Assembly: GCF_001194135.2 (NCBI RefSeq)
Contig: NC_069000.1
Location: 34,513,606-34,552,540 of the forward strand
Source: Octopus bimaculoides
Taxonomy: Eukaryota
DNA length: 38,935 bases
Direction: 5' to 3'
The notes beneath the pieces are model-generated. The model was not told where the DNA came from and searched no databases. It saw nothing but the letters and a program-made list of their open reading frames with translations. The stretch's first letter is position 1. Each line of letters starts with the position of its first letter. The position numbers were made by a program, and so were the translations under genes. Below are positions 10,620 through 21,479 of this stretch, piece after piece.

Positions 10620-11075
10620 AAACTACAAACTCCTCCATCAATAAACTACTATTGTTCCTGAAAGTTGTTTTTTATACCTTTAGGAACTTTGAGAGAGTGC
10701 GAAATAATTCGTTTTTTGGGAACAGTGAAATATGAAGCAAATAAAGTTATGTACAATAGTGTATAAATATAGGGTTAAAAAGGGAAAACCGTTAGGATAG
10801 AAAATCTTGTGTAGTTCCTTGTTTTCAAGTTGTAATTGGTATAACAATTTTATTTCCTTGTTTTCAATGATACTAGTAATAGTACTCCAAATTATTGTTT
10901 GTAATTAAGCTTTTATGTCAATAAAATTGTTTCAGCATGGCTATTGGCTTTGTTGATACATGCAAGTCTAATTAATGTCGTCATTTATGATAACGAGCTT
11001 AAAAATGAAGGGGAAAAAAATTTGTACCAGGATTTAACACTAAATTAAGTATGGTATGGCTTATACACAAGTAAA
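10620..11075 (-). mobile_element. Probable Penelope-like element remnant (RT thumb / linker region)
   Basis: In order on the minus strand: VYKPYHT (compare VYRKPTHT), TTLIRLACI, ELHKIFYPNGFPF (compare EL..IF..NGYP), TVPKKR. Stops and frameshifts present. Confidence 0.5.
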
Positions 11076-11104
11076 TACAATAATGATATTTGTTAATAGC
11101 AGTA

Positions 11105-11480
11105 TTGCTACTGTCTTTATATGTTCGGAGTTCAAACTGCCTCAGGGTTGACTGTGCCTTTCATCCTTTCAGGGTCGATAAAATAAATACTACCTGAGCC
11201 CTGGGAGTGGGAGATGGGGGGGGTCGATGTGTCGATGTAATCTGCTTACCCCTCCTTCAAATATGCTGGCCTTCTAACAATAATAACGAAAGTGATGAGT
11301 TCAAATTTCAGCACAGGGCCAGCAGTTTTTGAGGGGACGGGAAAGTTGTTTACATCGACCCCAATATTCAACTGGTAATTATTTTATTGACCCCCAAAAA
11401 GGTGAAAGAGAAAGTTAGCCTTGGTGGAATTTGAACTCAAAACATAAAAATGGTTCAAATGCTACTAAGCATTTTGTCTA
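11105..11480. mobile_element. Two SINE family B copies, + (about 11105-11280) then - (about 11298-11480), tail-to-tail
   Basis: gagttcaaactgcctcagggttgactgtgcctttcatcctttcagggtcgataaaat and its reverse-complement counterpart. Confidence 0.8.
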
Positions 11481-11662
11481 GTTTTGTGTGTGTGTGTTCC
11501 ACATGTCTGGCCATGTGTTCCACATGGCCAAACATGTGTTCCACAGAAGACTGGAACCGAATGATTTTGCATGTATGATGATGATGATGATGATGATGAT
11601 GTGGCTTGTTTACAACTCATTTATAATGATGTCAAGACAAAGCCACACACATGCGCGCACAG

Positions 11663-11709
<47 letters not shown>

Positions 11710-11724
11710 CATGTGTTTATTCAG

Positions 11725-11885
11725 TGGGCCTCTTTCAGTTTCTGTCTACCAAATCCACTCACAAGGCTTTGGTCAGATTGGGGATATAGTAGAAAACATT
11801 TGGCCAAGGTACTGCACAGTGGAATTGAACCTGAAACCACATGGTCACAAAGTAAGCTTCTTAACCCACACAACTATGCCTGCAC
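11725..11885 (-). mobile_element. SINE family A, 5' half
   Basis: tctttcagtttctgtctaccaaatccactcacaaggctttggtc; preceded by (CA)n. Confidence 0.85.
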
Positions 11886-12392
11886 ATGATGATGGTAATA
11901 ACAATAAAAGTGGAAGAAAACTAGTATTGGTAGTGATGATGATGATGGTGGTGGTGGTGGTGGTGGTAGAAGAAGTGGTGATAACAATGGTGGTGGTGAG
12001 GAATATGATGGAGGAAGAGGGGATAGAGGAGGCTGATGGTGATGATTTGATTAGTAATCAGAATCTCTATCGATCTGTCATCATCCCTCTGAGTGTGTGT
12101 GTGTGTGTATTTGTAATGCTGGTAGTATTGGTGTTGATGGTGGTGGTGGTGGTGGTGGTCTACAGCAAGCAGTTTCCAGTATGAGATAAAGTCTATTTCC
12201 TTAGCGTACAGAAACAGAACTACAGAACTACATGTGATGAGTAAGCTCCAGATGTGTGTGCGTGTGTATGTATGGGGGGGGGTGATTGGTAACGCTTCTG
12301 GGGGTTTCTGTGATGACCAATGCCACCAACAAGAATTACAATGCAAGCAACATGAAGTATTATTAGTTGCTAACAAACGCTCATGTACATTA

Positions 12393-12768
12393 GTGTGGTA
12401 AGTAGCTTGCTTACCAACCACATGGTTCCGGGTTCAGTCCCACTGTGTGGCACTTTGGGCAAGTGTCTTCTACTATAGCCTCAGGCCGACCAAAGCCTTG
12501 TGAGTGGATTTGGTAGACGGAAACTGAAAGAAGACCGTAGTATATATGTATATGTATATATATATATGTGTATATGTTTGTGTCTGTGTTTGTCCCCCCG
12601 ATGCTGGTGTGTTTACGTCCCTGTAACTTAGCGGTTCGGCAAAAGAGACCGATAGAATAAGTACTAGGCTTATAAAGAATAAGTCCTGGGGTCGATTTGC
12701 TCGACTAAAGGCGGTGCTCCAGCATGGCCGCAGTCAAATGACTGAAACAAGTAAAAGAGAGAAAGAGA
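12393..12768 (+). mobile_element. SINE family A, young near-consensus copy
   Basis: All diagnostic blocks intact with most CpGs retained. Confidence 0.92.
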
Positions 12769-12811
12769 GATACACTCACTCAGTCAGTCAGTCACTCACG
12801 CATAGATATCT

Positions 12812-13312
12812 TTCATCTTTTATCGTTTACTTGTTTCATTCATTAGACTGCGGCCATGCTGGGGCACCACCTTGAAGAGTGTTAATTGAACAAATTGATC
12901 CCAGTACTTATTGTTTATTTTAAGCTTGGTATTTATTGTATTGGTCTCTTTTGCCAGACTACTANNNNNNNNNNNNNNNNNNNNNNNNNNNNNNNNNNNN
13001 NNNNNNNNNNNNNNNNNNNNNNNNNNNNNNNNNNNNNNNNNNNNNNNNNNNNNNNNNNNNNNNNNNNNNNNNNNNNNNNNNNNNNNNNNNNNNNNNNNNN
13101 NNNNNNNNNNNNNNNNNNNNNNNNNNNNNNNNNNNNNNNNNNNNNNNNNNNNNNNNNNNNNNNNNNNNNNNNNNNNNNNNNNNNNNNNNNNNNNNNNNNN
13201 NNNNNNNNNNNNNNNNNNNNNNNNNNNNNNNNTAACAAAACTGTCCGATGAACGGGAACGTGAAACTCAGAGTAACAGTCTTTTGTTATATTTCTGCTGC
13301 TTTTAAATAAAG

Positions 13313-13394
<82 letters not shown>

Positions 13395-13625
13395 TCTTCT
13401 ATGTTTTACTTGTTTTTGTCATTCATTAGACTGCGGCCATGCTGGGGCACCACCTTGAAGAGTGTTAATTGAACAAATTGATCCCAGTACTTATTGTTTA
13501 TTTTAAGCTTGGTATTTATTGTATTGGTCTCTTTTGCCAGACTACTAAGTTACAGGGATGTAAACACACCAACTCTGGTTGTCAAGCAAAGTGGTGGTAG
13601 GGGGTAGGACAAACACAAACACGAA
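12812..13625 (-). mobile_element. SINE family A 3' module present twice (12812-12964 and 13396-13625) across a gap
   Basis: 12837-12964 is identical to 13420-13547. Confidence 0.85.
13233..13288 (+). ncRNA. Type I hammerhead ribozyme-like element (U4C core variant)
   Basis: Stem I taacaaaa+ctgt / acag+tc bulge+ttttgtta; core CCGAUGA; stem II acg-GGAA-cgt; GAA; stem III ACUC-a-GAGU; cleavage triplet GUA. All helices pair by eye. Confidence 0.7.
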
Positions 13626-13743
13626 GACATGCACATGTATATGTGTGTGTTTCTCTGTGTGTGTGTGAGTGATTGTTTATGTACACACACCTGGTACTAA
13701 ACAACAACAAGAAAATAAAACAGACTGTTCATATTTAACCCCA

Positions 13744-13783
<40 letters not shown>

Positions 13784-13807
13784 TTTAGTTATAATAATTA
13801 TTATTAT

Positions 13808-13997
13808 TTTTACTCTAGGCAAAAGGCCTGGAAAACTTTTGGGGAAGGGGGCTAGTCAATTATATTGACCCCAGTGTATAACTGGTACTTATTTTATTGA
13901 CCCTGAAAGGATGAAAGGTGGAATTTGAACTCAGAATGTAACTGCAGATGAAATACTGCTAAGCATTTCGTTTGGCGTGCTAACAATTCTACCAGCT
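13808..13997 (-). mobile_element. SINE family B
   Basis: ttattgaccctgaaaggatgaaagg...gaatttgaactcagaa; flanked on both sides by TAA/TTA runs. Confidence 0.85.
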
Positions 13998-14010
13998 CAA
14001 TGCCTTAGTT

Positions 14011-14044
<34 letters not shown>

Positions 14045-14059
14045 TGATAATAATAATTC

Positions 14060-14348
14060 GAGTGAGGTTGTTGCCAGTGCCGCTGGACTGCCTCCTGTGC
14101 AGGTGGCATGTAAAATACACCATTTTGAGTGTGGCCGTTGCCAGTACTGCCTGACTGGCCCTCGTGCCGGTGGCATGTAAAAGCACCCACTACACTCTCT
14201 GAGTGGTTGGCGTTAGGAAGGGCATCCAGCTGTAGAAACTCTGCCAGATCAGATTGGAGCCTGGTGCAGCCATCTGGTTTTCCAGTCCTCAGTCAAATCG
14301 TCCAACCCATGCTAGCATGGAAAGCAGACGTTAAACGATGATGATGAT
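14060..14348 (+). mobile_element. RTE LINE 3' UTR fragment with (GAT)n tail
   Basis: ttaggaagggcatccagctgtagaaa...catgctagcatggaaagcagacgttaaacgatgatgatg; same sequence joins RTE coding sequence in the 20548-21030 copy. Confidence 0.7.
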
Positions 14349-14931
14349 GAATAACCCTTATCAGATGGGTAGTCATGATGNNNNNNNNNNNNNNNNNNNN
14401 NNNNNNNNNNNNNNNNNNNNNNNNNNNNNNNNNNNNNNNNNNNNNNNNNNNNNNNNNNNNNNNNNNNNNNNNNNNNNNNNNNNNNNNNNNNNNNNNNNNN
14501 NNNNNNNNNNNNNNNNNNNNNNNNNNNNNNNNNNNNNNNNNNNNNNNNNNNNNNNNNNNNNNNNNNNNNNNNNNNNNNNNNNNNNNNNNNNNNNNNNNNN
14601 NNNNNNNNNNNNNNNNNNNNNNNNNNNNNNNNNNNNNNNNNNNNNNNNNNNNNNNNNNNNNNNNNNNNNNNNNNNNNNNNNNNNNNNNNNNNNNNNNNNN
14701 NNNNNNNNNNNNNNNNNNNNNNNNNNNNNNNNNNNNNNNNNNNNNNNNNNNNNNNNNNNNNNNNNNNNNNNNNNNNNNNNNNNNNNNNNNNNNNNNNNNN
14801 NNNNNNNNNNNNNNNNNNNNNNNNNNNNNNNNNNNNNNNNNNNNNNNNNNNNNNNNNNNNNNNNNNNNNNNNNNNNNNNNNNNNNNNNNNNNNNNNNNNN
14901 NNNNNNNNNNNNNNNNNNNNNNNNNNNNNNN

Positions 14932-15093
14932 GATAACATTGGCCCCAGTGTTCAACTGGTACTTATTTTATTGACCACAAAAAGCTAAAAGGCAAAGTCA
15001 ACCTTGGCAGAACTTGAACTTAGAATGTGATGACAGACGAAAAGCCACTAAGTATTTTGTCCTCTGTGCTAAGGATATTGTCAGTTCACTGCC

Positions 15094-15136
<43 letters not shown>

Positions 15137-15545
15137 CAATAATAATGATAATAATAATAATAATTATTGTCCTTTTTACTGTAGGTACATGGTATGAAAT
15201 TCTGGTGGAGAGGGCTAGCCAATTACTCAACTGGGACTTATTTTATTGACCCTGGAAGGGATGGAAGGCAACCTCAGCAGGATTTGAACTCAGAACATAA
15301 AGACAGATGAAATGCTGCTAAGAATTTTGCCCAGTATGCTAACAATTGTGCTAACTCATGCCAGATAAAACGCTTCATGGCATTTCATCCGTCCTTATAC
15401 TGTGAGTTCAAAATCCACCAAAGTTGACTTTACTCTTCATCCTTTTAGGGTTCATAAAATAAGTCCCAGATAAGCACTGGGTTCAATGTAATTGACTAGC
15501 TCCCTCTCCAGAATTTCAGGCCTTGTGCTTTTAGTAGAAAGGTTT
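14932..15545. mobile_element. Cluster of three SINE family B copies (-, -, +) separated by (TAA)n
   Basis: Family B blocks at about 14932-15095 (-), 15170-15362 (-), 15370-15545 (+). Confidence 0.85.
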
Positions 15546-15908
15546 ATTATTATTATTACTAGCGCCACTGCCACCACCACTACTACTACATTCAGTTGGA
15601 GTTGGAGTCATAGTTAGTACATTCTTACTGACTCTAACTACAACAATCTTATAATTGCTCCTGACTCATTGACTCTTCAAGACAGATATTTTGAAATGTT
15701 GTAAAATATATATTTCATCTCTGAAGATGAGGTTAATAGAGTGAAGAAAAGTTTATCTCATTAACATTAATTCATCTCCATTATGAAGACATTTCATCAT
15801 ATCTCCTTGTAACTTTATACACAGTGTTAACATCTACAGGCAGATATATAGTGCAAGAATGTATGTATTCATATATTTGTATACATGTGTGTGTGTGTGT
15901 ATATAGTT

Positions 15909-15950
<42 letters not shown>

Positions 15951-16817
15951 GTGTGTGTGTATATATATGTATATTTTTATGTGTGNNNNNNNNNNNNNNN
16001 NNNNNNNNNNNNNNNNNNNNNNNNNNNNNNNNNNNNNNNNNNNNNNNNNNNNNNNNNNNNNNNNNNNNNNNNNNNNNNNNNNNNNNNNNNNNNNNNNNNN
16101 NNNNNNNNNNNNNNNNNNNNNNNNNNNNNNNNNNNNNNNNNNNNNNNNNNNNNNNNNNNNNNNNNNNNNNNNNNNNNNNNNNNNNNNNNNNNNNNNNNNN
16201 NNNNNNNNNNNNNNNNNNNNNNNNNNNNNNNNNNNNNNNNNNNNNNNNNNNNNNNNNNNNNNNNNNNNNNNNNNNNNNNNNNNNNNNNNNNNNNNNNNNN
16301 NNNNNNNNNNNNNNNNNNNNNNNNNNNNNNNNNNNNNNNNNNNNNNNNNNNNNNNNNNNNNNNNNNNNNNNNNNNNNNNNNNNNNNNNNNNNNNNNNNNN
16401 NNNNNNNNNNNNNNNNNNNNNNNNNNNNNNNNNNNNNNNNNNNNNNNNNNNNNNNNNNNNNNNNNNNNNNNNNNNNNNNNNNNNNNNNNNNNNNNNNNNN
16501 NNNNNNNNNNNNNNNNNNNNNNNNNNNNNNNNNNNNNNNNNNNNNNNNNNNNNNNNNNNNNNNNNNNNNNNNNNNNNNNNNNNNNNNNNNNNNNNNNNNN
16601 NNNNNNNNNNNNNNNNNNNNNNNNNNNNNNNNNNNNNNNNNNNNNNNNNNNNNNNNNNNNNNNNNNNNNNNNNNNNNNNNNNNNNNNNNNNNNNNNNNNN
16701 NNNNNNNNNNNNNNNNNNNNNNNNNNNNNNNNNNNNNNNNNNNNNNNNNNNNNNNNNNNNNNNNNNNNNNNNNNNNNNNNNNNNNNNNNNNNNNNNNNNN
16801 NNNNNNNNNNNNNNNNN

Positions 16818-17249
16818 AGAGGAGGTACATGGTTACCCAGTGAGACAGAGAGAGAGAGAGAGGAGAAATTCCCTAACAGATGGATTGGAAGAGGTGGACC
16901 ATTATTTTGGCCTCCATGTTCACCAAATTTGACTCCACTGGATTTCTTTTTATGGGGACATGTGTGAAAAGTATTGCTTATTCAACTAAGCCTCGAGAAG
17001 ACTTGAAAGCAAGGATAACTGATGTGATTGAAGGTGTTACTGAAAATCAGCTGGAAAATGTTTTCTGAGAACTGCAGAATCATATTTTTCTTTGTACTAG
17101 TAATGATGGTGGACATGTTGAAAATTAACAAGATGAATAAAAAATGTAGGTCTTTCTACTTTCTTATCCGTTTTACAGATTAATTCTGTCATGCATAGTT
17201 AAAAAGACACAAGTATTTTAAATTGCACCATGACTTCATAGACACCCTC

Positions 17250-17250
<1 letters not shown>
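16818..17250 (+). mobile_element. Tc1/mariner (DDxD, rosa/maT-like) transposon 3' end: transposase C-terminus and right TIR
   Basis: EKFPNRWIGRGGPLFWPPCSPNLTPLDFFLWGHV / KSIAYSTKPREDLKARITDVIEGVTENQLENVF*ELQN..LCTSNDGGHVEN*; catgacttcatagacaccctctgt resembles a ...GACACCCTG TIR end. The 5' part lies in the gap. Confidence 0.88.
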
Positions 17251-17286
<36 letters not shown>

Positions 17287-17291
17287 ACATA

Positions 17292-17698
17292 TAGGTGCAG
17301 AAGTGGCTGGGTGGTAAGAAGCTTGCTTCACAACCACACGGTTCTGGGTTCAGTCCCACCTGCATGGCACCTTGGGCAAGTGTCTTCTACTATAGCTTCG
17401 GGCCGACCAATGCCTTGTGAGTGGATTTGGTAGACGGAAACTGAAAGAAGCTTGTCATATGTATGTATGTATGTACGTATGTATGTATGTATTTGTGGAT
17501 CTGTGTTTGTCCCCACCACCATTGCTTGACAACCAATGTTGGTGTGTTTATGTCTCCATAACTTAGCGATTCAGCAACAGAGACCGATAGAATAAGTACT
17601 AGACTTGCAAAGAATAAGTCCTGGGGTCGATTTGTTCAGCTAAAGCTGTACTCCAGCATGGCTGCAGTCACATGACTGAAACAAGTAAAAGAATAAAA
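17292..17698 (+). mobile_element. SINE family A, full length
   Basis: All diagnostic blocks, (GTAT)n centre. Confidence 0.9.
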
Positions 17699-17709
17699 NN
17701 NNNNNNNNT

Positions 17710-18476
17710 AATAATCCTTTCTACTCTAGGCACAAGGCCTGAAATTTTGGGGGAGGGGCCAGTCCATTAGATCAACCTCAGTATGCAACTGGTACTTAAT
17801 TTATCGTTCCTGAAAGGATGAAAGGCAAAGTCAACCTCGGCAGAATCCGAATAATAATAATAATAATAATAATAATAGTAATAATAATAGTGCTTTCTAC
17901 TATAGGCACAAGGCCTGAAATTTGGAGGGAGGGGACTAGTCGATTACATTGACCTTGGTACACAACTGGTACTTAATTTATTGACCCTGAAAGGTAAAGT
18001 TGACCTTGGTTGAATTTGAACTCAGAACATGAAGATGGATGAAATGCTGCTAAGAGTTTTGCCCGACATGCTAACAATCTGCCAGCTCACCGCCTTAATA
18101 ATAATAATAATAATAATCCTTTCTACTAAAGGCATGAGGCCTAAAATTTGGGTGGAGGGGAGTAGTCAAATACATTGACCTCCAGTGCTTAACTGGTACT
18201 AATTTTGTCAACCTCGAAAGGATGAAAGTAATAATAATAATAATAATAATGGTTTCAAATTTTGCCACAAGGGCAGCAATTTTGGGGGAGGGGATGAGTC
18301 AATTACATCGACCCCAGAGTTTAACTGGTACTTATTTTATCGACCCCGAAAGGATGAAAGGCAAAGTCGACCTCAGTAGAATTTGAACTCAGAACATAAG
18401 AGCAGATGAAATGCCGCTAAGCATTCCATCCTATGTGCTAATGACTCTGCCAGCTCACCACCTTAATAATAATAAN
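17710..18476 (-). mobile_element. Head-to-tail array of four SINE family B units joined by (TAA)n
   Basis: Units at about 17713-17850, 17893-18095, 18116-18228 and 18251-18463, each followed on + by taataataa. Confidence 0.9.
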
Positions 18477-18926
18477 NNNNNNNNNNNNNNNNNNNNNNNN
18501 NNNNNNNNNNNNNNNNNNNNNNNNNNNNNNNNNNNNNNNNNNNNNNNNNNNNNNNNNNNNNNNNNNNNNNNNNNNNNNNNNNNNNNNNNNNNNNNNNNNN
18601 NNNNNNNNNNNNNNNNNNNNNNNNNNNNNNNNNNNNNNNNNNNNNNNNNNNNNNNNNNNNNNNNNNNNNNNNNNNNNNNNNNNNNNNNNNNNNNNNNNNN
18701 NNNNNATAAATATCTCTTTTTAAGTGGAGCAGGGGGGTGGTTCAGTGGGCAAGTGTTTCATTAACTACCCTTCCCCCCTTCCTGCATCCTCCTTCTCCTC
18801 CTCCTCCCCCTCTTCCCTTTTTGTTTTAAACTTGTGTTGTCTTTAACTGGGTTCCATCTTCAATCTAGATTACCAGAAATCCTTTATCTTGTTGATGTTC
18901 TGTTGATGCGGTTTTTGTTGTTGGTG

Positions 18927-18970
<44 letters not shown>

Positions 18971-19508
18971 GCCCTACCTCTTTTAAATCTGACATTTCCA
19001 CTGTTTTACTGTGTAATTACATAAACATTCCTATCACTTTTGTGTGCATGCATACCTACATACATACTTGCATACATACACACACACATACATACATACA
19101 TACATACAGATATGTACATACATACTTGCATAATACACATACATCATACATACCTACCTACCAACCTACGTACACATAGTACATGTACGCCAAAGTTGCA
19201 ACATGAATACACCGCACCATGCCATGCCAGCCCCACCGGGCCATGGCATGTGTGTGTGATAAAAAGTTTTTATTTATTTAGATATATATATATACACACT
19301 TATTTTTTTTCCTTTCTCCATTTTACTAACATATAATCATTTGTGCTAAACAAGCAAATTCTAAACATAAGTTCTGGGCATTTGCCAACTTGATACAAAG
19401 AAAAATGTTCTGATTGACTATTTTTGTAGTAAATATTTAAAACATATCCATTGTATTTGTTAGGCCTTCTGTGTTGTGGTATTTCAACGTGTGTACACTA
19501 TATAAACA

Positions 19509-19926
19509 CAGGTGCAGACGTGGCTGTGTGGTAAGAAGTTTGCTTCCCAAGCACATGGTTCCAGGTTCAGTCTCACTACATGGCACCTTGGACAAAATGC
19601 CTTTTACTGTAGCCTAGGGCTGATCAAATCCTTGTGAGTGGATTTGGTAGGCAGAAACTGAAAGAAAGAAGGCGGTGAGCTGGCAGAAACGTTAGCACGC
19701 TGGACGAAATGCTTAGCAGTATTTCCTCTGCCGCTACATTCTGAGTTCAAATGCCACCGAGGTTGATTTTGCCTTTCATCCTTTCGGGGCCGATAAATAA
19801 AGTACCAGTTACCCACTGGGGTCGATGTAATCGGCTTAATCCCTTTGTCTGTCCTTGTTTGTCCCCTCTATGTTTAGCCCCTTGTGGGCAATAAAGAAAT
19901 AAGAAACTGAAAGAAAGAAGGCCACC

Positions 19927-19930
<4 letters not shown>
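19509..19930 (+). mobile_element. SINE family A 5' half carrying a nested young family-B-type SINE (19669-19901) with target-site duplication
   Basis: agaaactgaaagaaag at 19653-19668 and 19902-19917 flanks the insert. Confidence 0.88.
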
Positions 19931-19977
<47 letters not shown>

Positions 19978-20311
19978 AAAAATAACATCGACCACTAACG
20001 TGGACAATTAATGCGCTAGAAATAGATCACATCTTGTGTCTATTAAGACCTAAATTGTTGATCCCCTGAGATTGCAGATAATATTTCTGAATCTCTTTGA
20101 TTCTTTAGATGTGCTGGCCTCCTGATAATTAATCGATATTAATTAATATATTGAATAATTACCAGATTTTATAGTAANNNNNNNNNNNNNNNNNNNNNNN
20201 NNNNNNNNNNNNNNNNNNNNNNNNNNNNNNNNNNNNNNNNNNNNNNNNNNNNNNNNNNNNNNNNNNNNNNNNNNNNNNNNNNNNNNNNNNNNNNNNNNNN
20301 NNNNNNNNNNN

Positions 20312-20342
<31 letters not shown>

Positions 20343-20347
20343 GTGTG

Positions 20348-20545
20348 AAGGTGCATGGCTCAGTGGTTAGGGTGTTGCACTCACATTTGCGAGATTGTGG
20401 GTTTGATTCCCAGACCAGGTGTTGCATTGTGTTCTTGAGCAAAGCACTTCATTTCACATTGCTCTGCGATCATTTCAACATCTAACATGTGGCACCCAGT
20501 TGCACCTGTGCAGGTAATGTTGATTTGATGGAGGGAGTGAGCTGG
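20348..20545 (+). mobile_element. SINE family C (tRNA-derived head)
   Basis: A-box tggctcagtggttag, B-box gggtttgattccc, gttcttgagcaaagcact. Confidence 0.75.
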
Positions 20546-20547
20546 GG

Positions 20548-21030
20548 AGTTGTACCAGACTCCAGTCTGATTTGACTTGGGTTTCTATGGCTGGATGCCC
20601 TTCCTAATGCCAACCACTCTGAGAGTGTAATGGGCACAGGTGCCATTTACATGACACTGACAACAACTACAGTTTCACTTGGTTTGACGAGTCTTCTCAA
20701 GCATAGCATATTGCCATGGTCTCATTACCTCCATGAGGCCCAACATTCGAAGATCATACTTCACCACCTCATCTTTTGCTTCTGTGAGGCCCAACATTTG
20801 AAGATCATAGTACATGGAAATGACCACAATTATGATTTCACAGGTGCTGTTTACATGACATCAGCAATGGCTACGACTTTGATTTCACTTGGTATGGTAT
20901 GTCACCATGGTATATCACCAAAGGTCTCGGTCACTAGTCATTGCCTCTGTGAGGCCCAACATTTGAAGATCATGCTTCACCACCTCATCCCATGTCTTCC
21001 TGGGTCTACCTCTTTCACAGGTTCTCTCCA
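20548..21030 (-). mobile_element. 5'-truncated RTE LINE 3' end with internal duplications
   Basis: Minus-strand translation ERGRPRKTWDEVVKHDLQMLGLTEAMTSDRDLW* followed by the same 3' UTR as 14060-14348; gaggcccaacatt.gaagatcat occurs three times. Confidence 0.8.
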
Positions 21031-21300
21031 CAATTAGAGAGGGAACCTGTGAAAGAGGTAGAACCTTAAAAAAAATTTGATAGGGACCAATGATGGTTCA
21101 CCTGGACTTCGTTGTGTATTATTAATGTAACACACCCAGCAATAATGAAAATGAGCCAACTTTATAATTGCTTTATTATACCGACTGACATAGTCAAACT
21201 AGTGTCCTCGTTTTAGTTGTTATTGTCTCTATGTTTTGGCCAAAGTATCCCACTATCTTCTTTGGGCATCTGTCATTTGATTAAGTCAGTCAAACAATAT

Positions 21301-21470
21301 GTATCATATTTGCTGGTGTATAAGAGACACCCTTGCATATAACGCATCCCCTATTTCTCAAGGATTTTTGTGTAAAAAACAAATTAAGTATGCCAGTGTA
21401 TAAGATGCACCCTTGCATATGGTGCACCCCTCTTCTACAAGAATATTTTATGTCAAAACAAATTTAGTAT
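21301..21470 (+). repeat. About 80-bp tandem duplication resembling a CpG-decayed Tc2/pogo-type terminal sequence
   Basis: tgctggtgtataagagacacccttgcatat.. and tgccagtgtataagatgcacccttgcatat..; compare the CCGTATT..TATAAGACGCACC terminus type (recalled, not searched). Confidence 0.45.
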
Positions 21471-21479
21471 GTTTCATCA

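Noticed and set aside
10684-11050. Plus-strand candidate exons (GTLRECEIIRFLGTVKYEANK; WLLALLIHASLINVVIYDNELK) with acceptor-like sites
   Set aside because: Both run into stops without convincing donors and lie antisense to the Penelope-like remnant; T-rich antisense strands mimic acceptors.
11203-11224. G-rich run gggagtgggagatgggggggg as a G-quadruplex
   Set aside because: Falls in a variable G-tract of a SINE copy; marginal four-tract pattern with no independent support.
17710-18476. CRISPR-like regular array of repeats and spacers
   Set aside because: Units are 110-210 bp SINE copies with microsatellite linkers; eukaryotic context, no cas genes.
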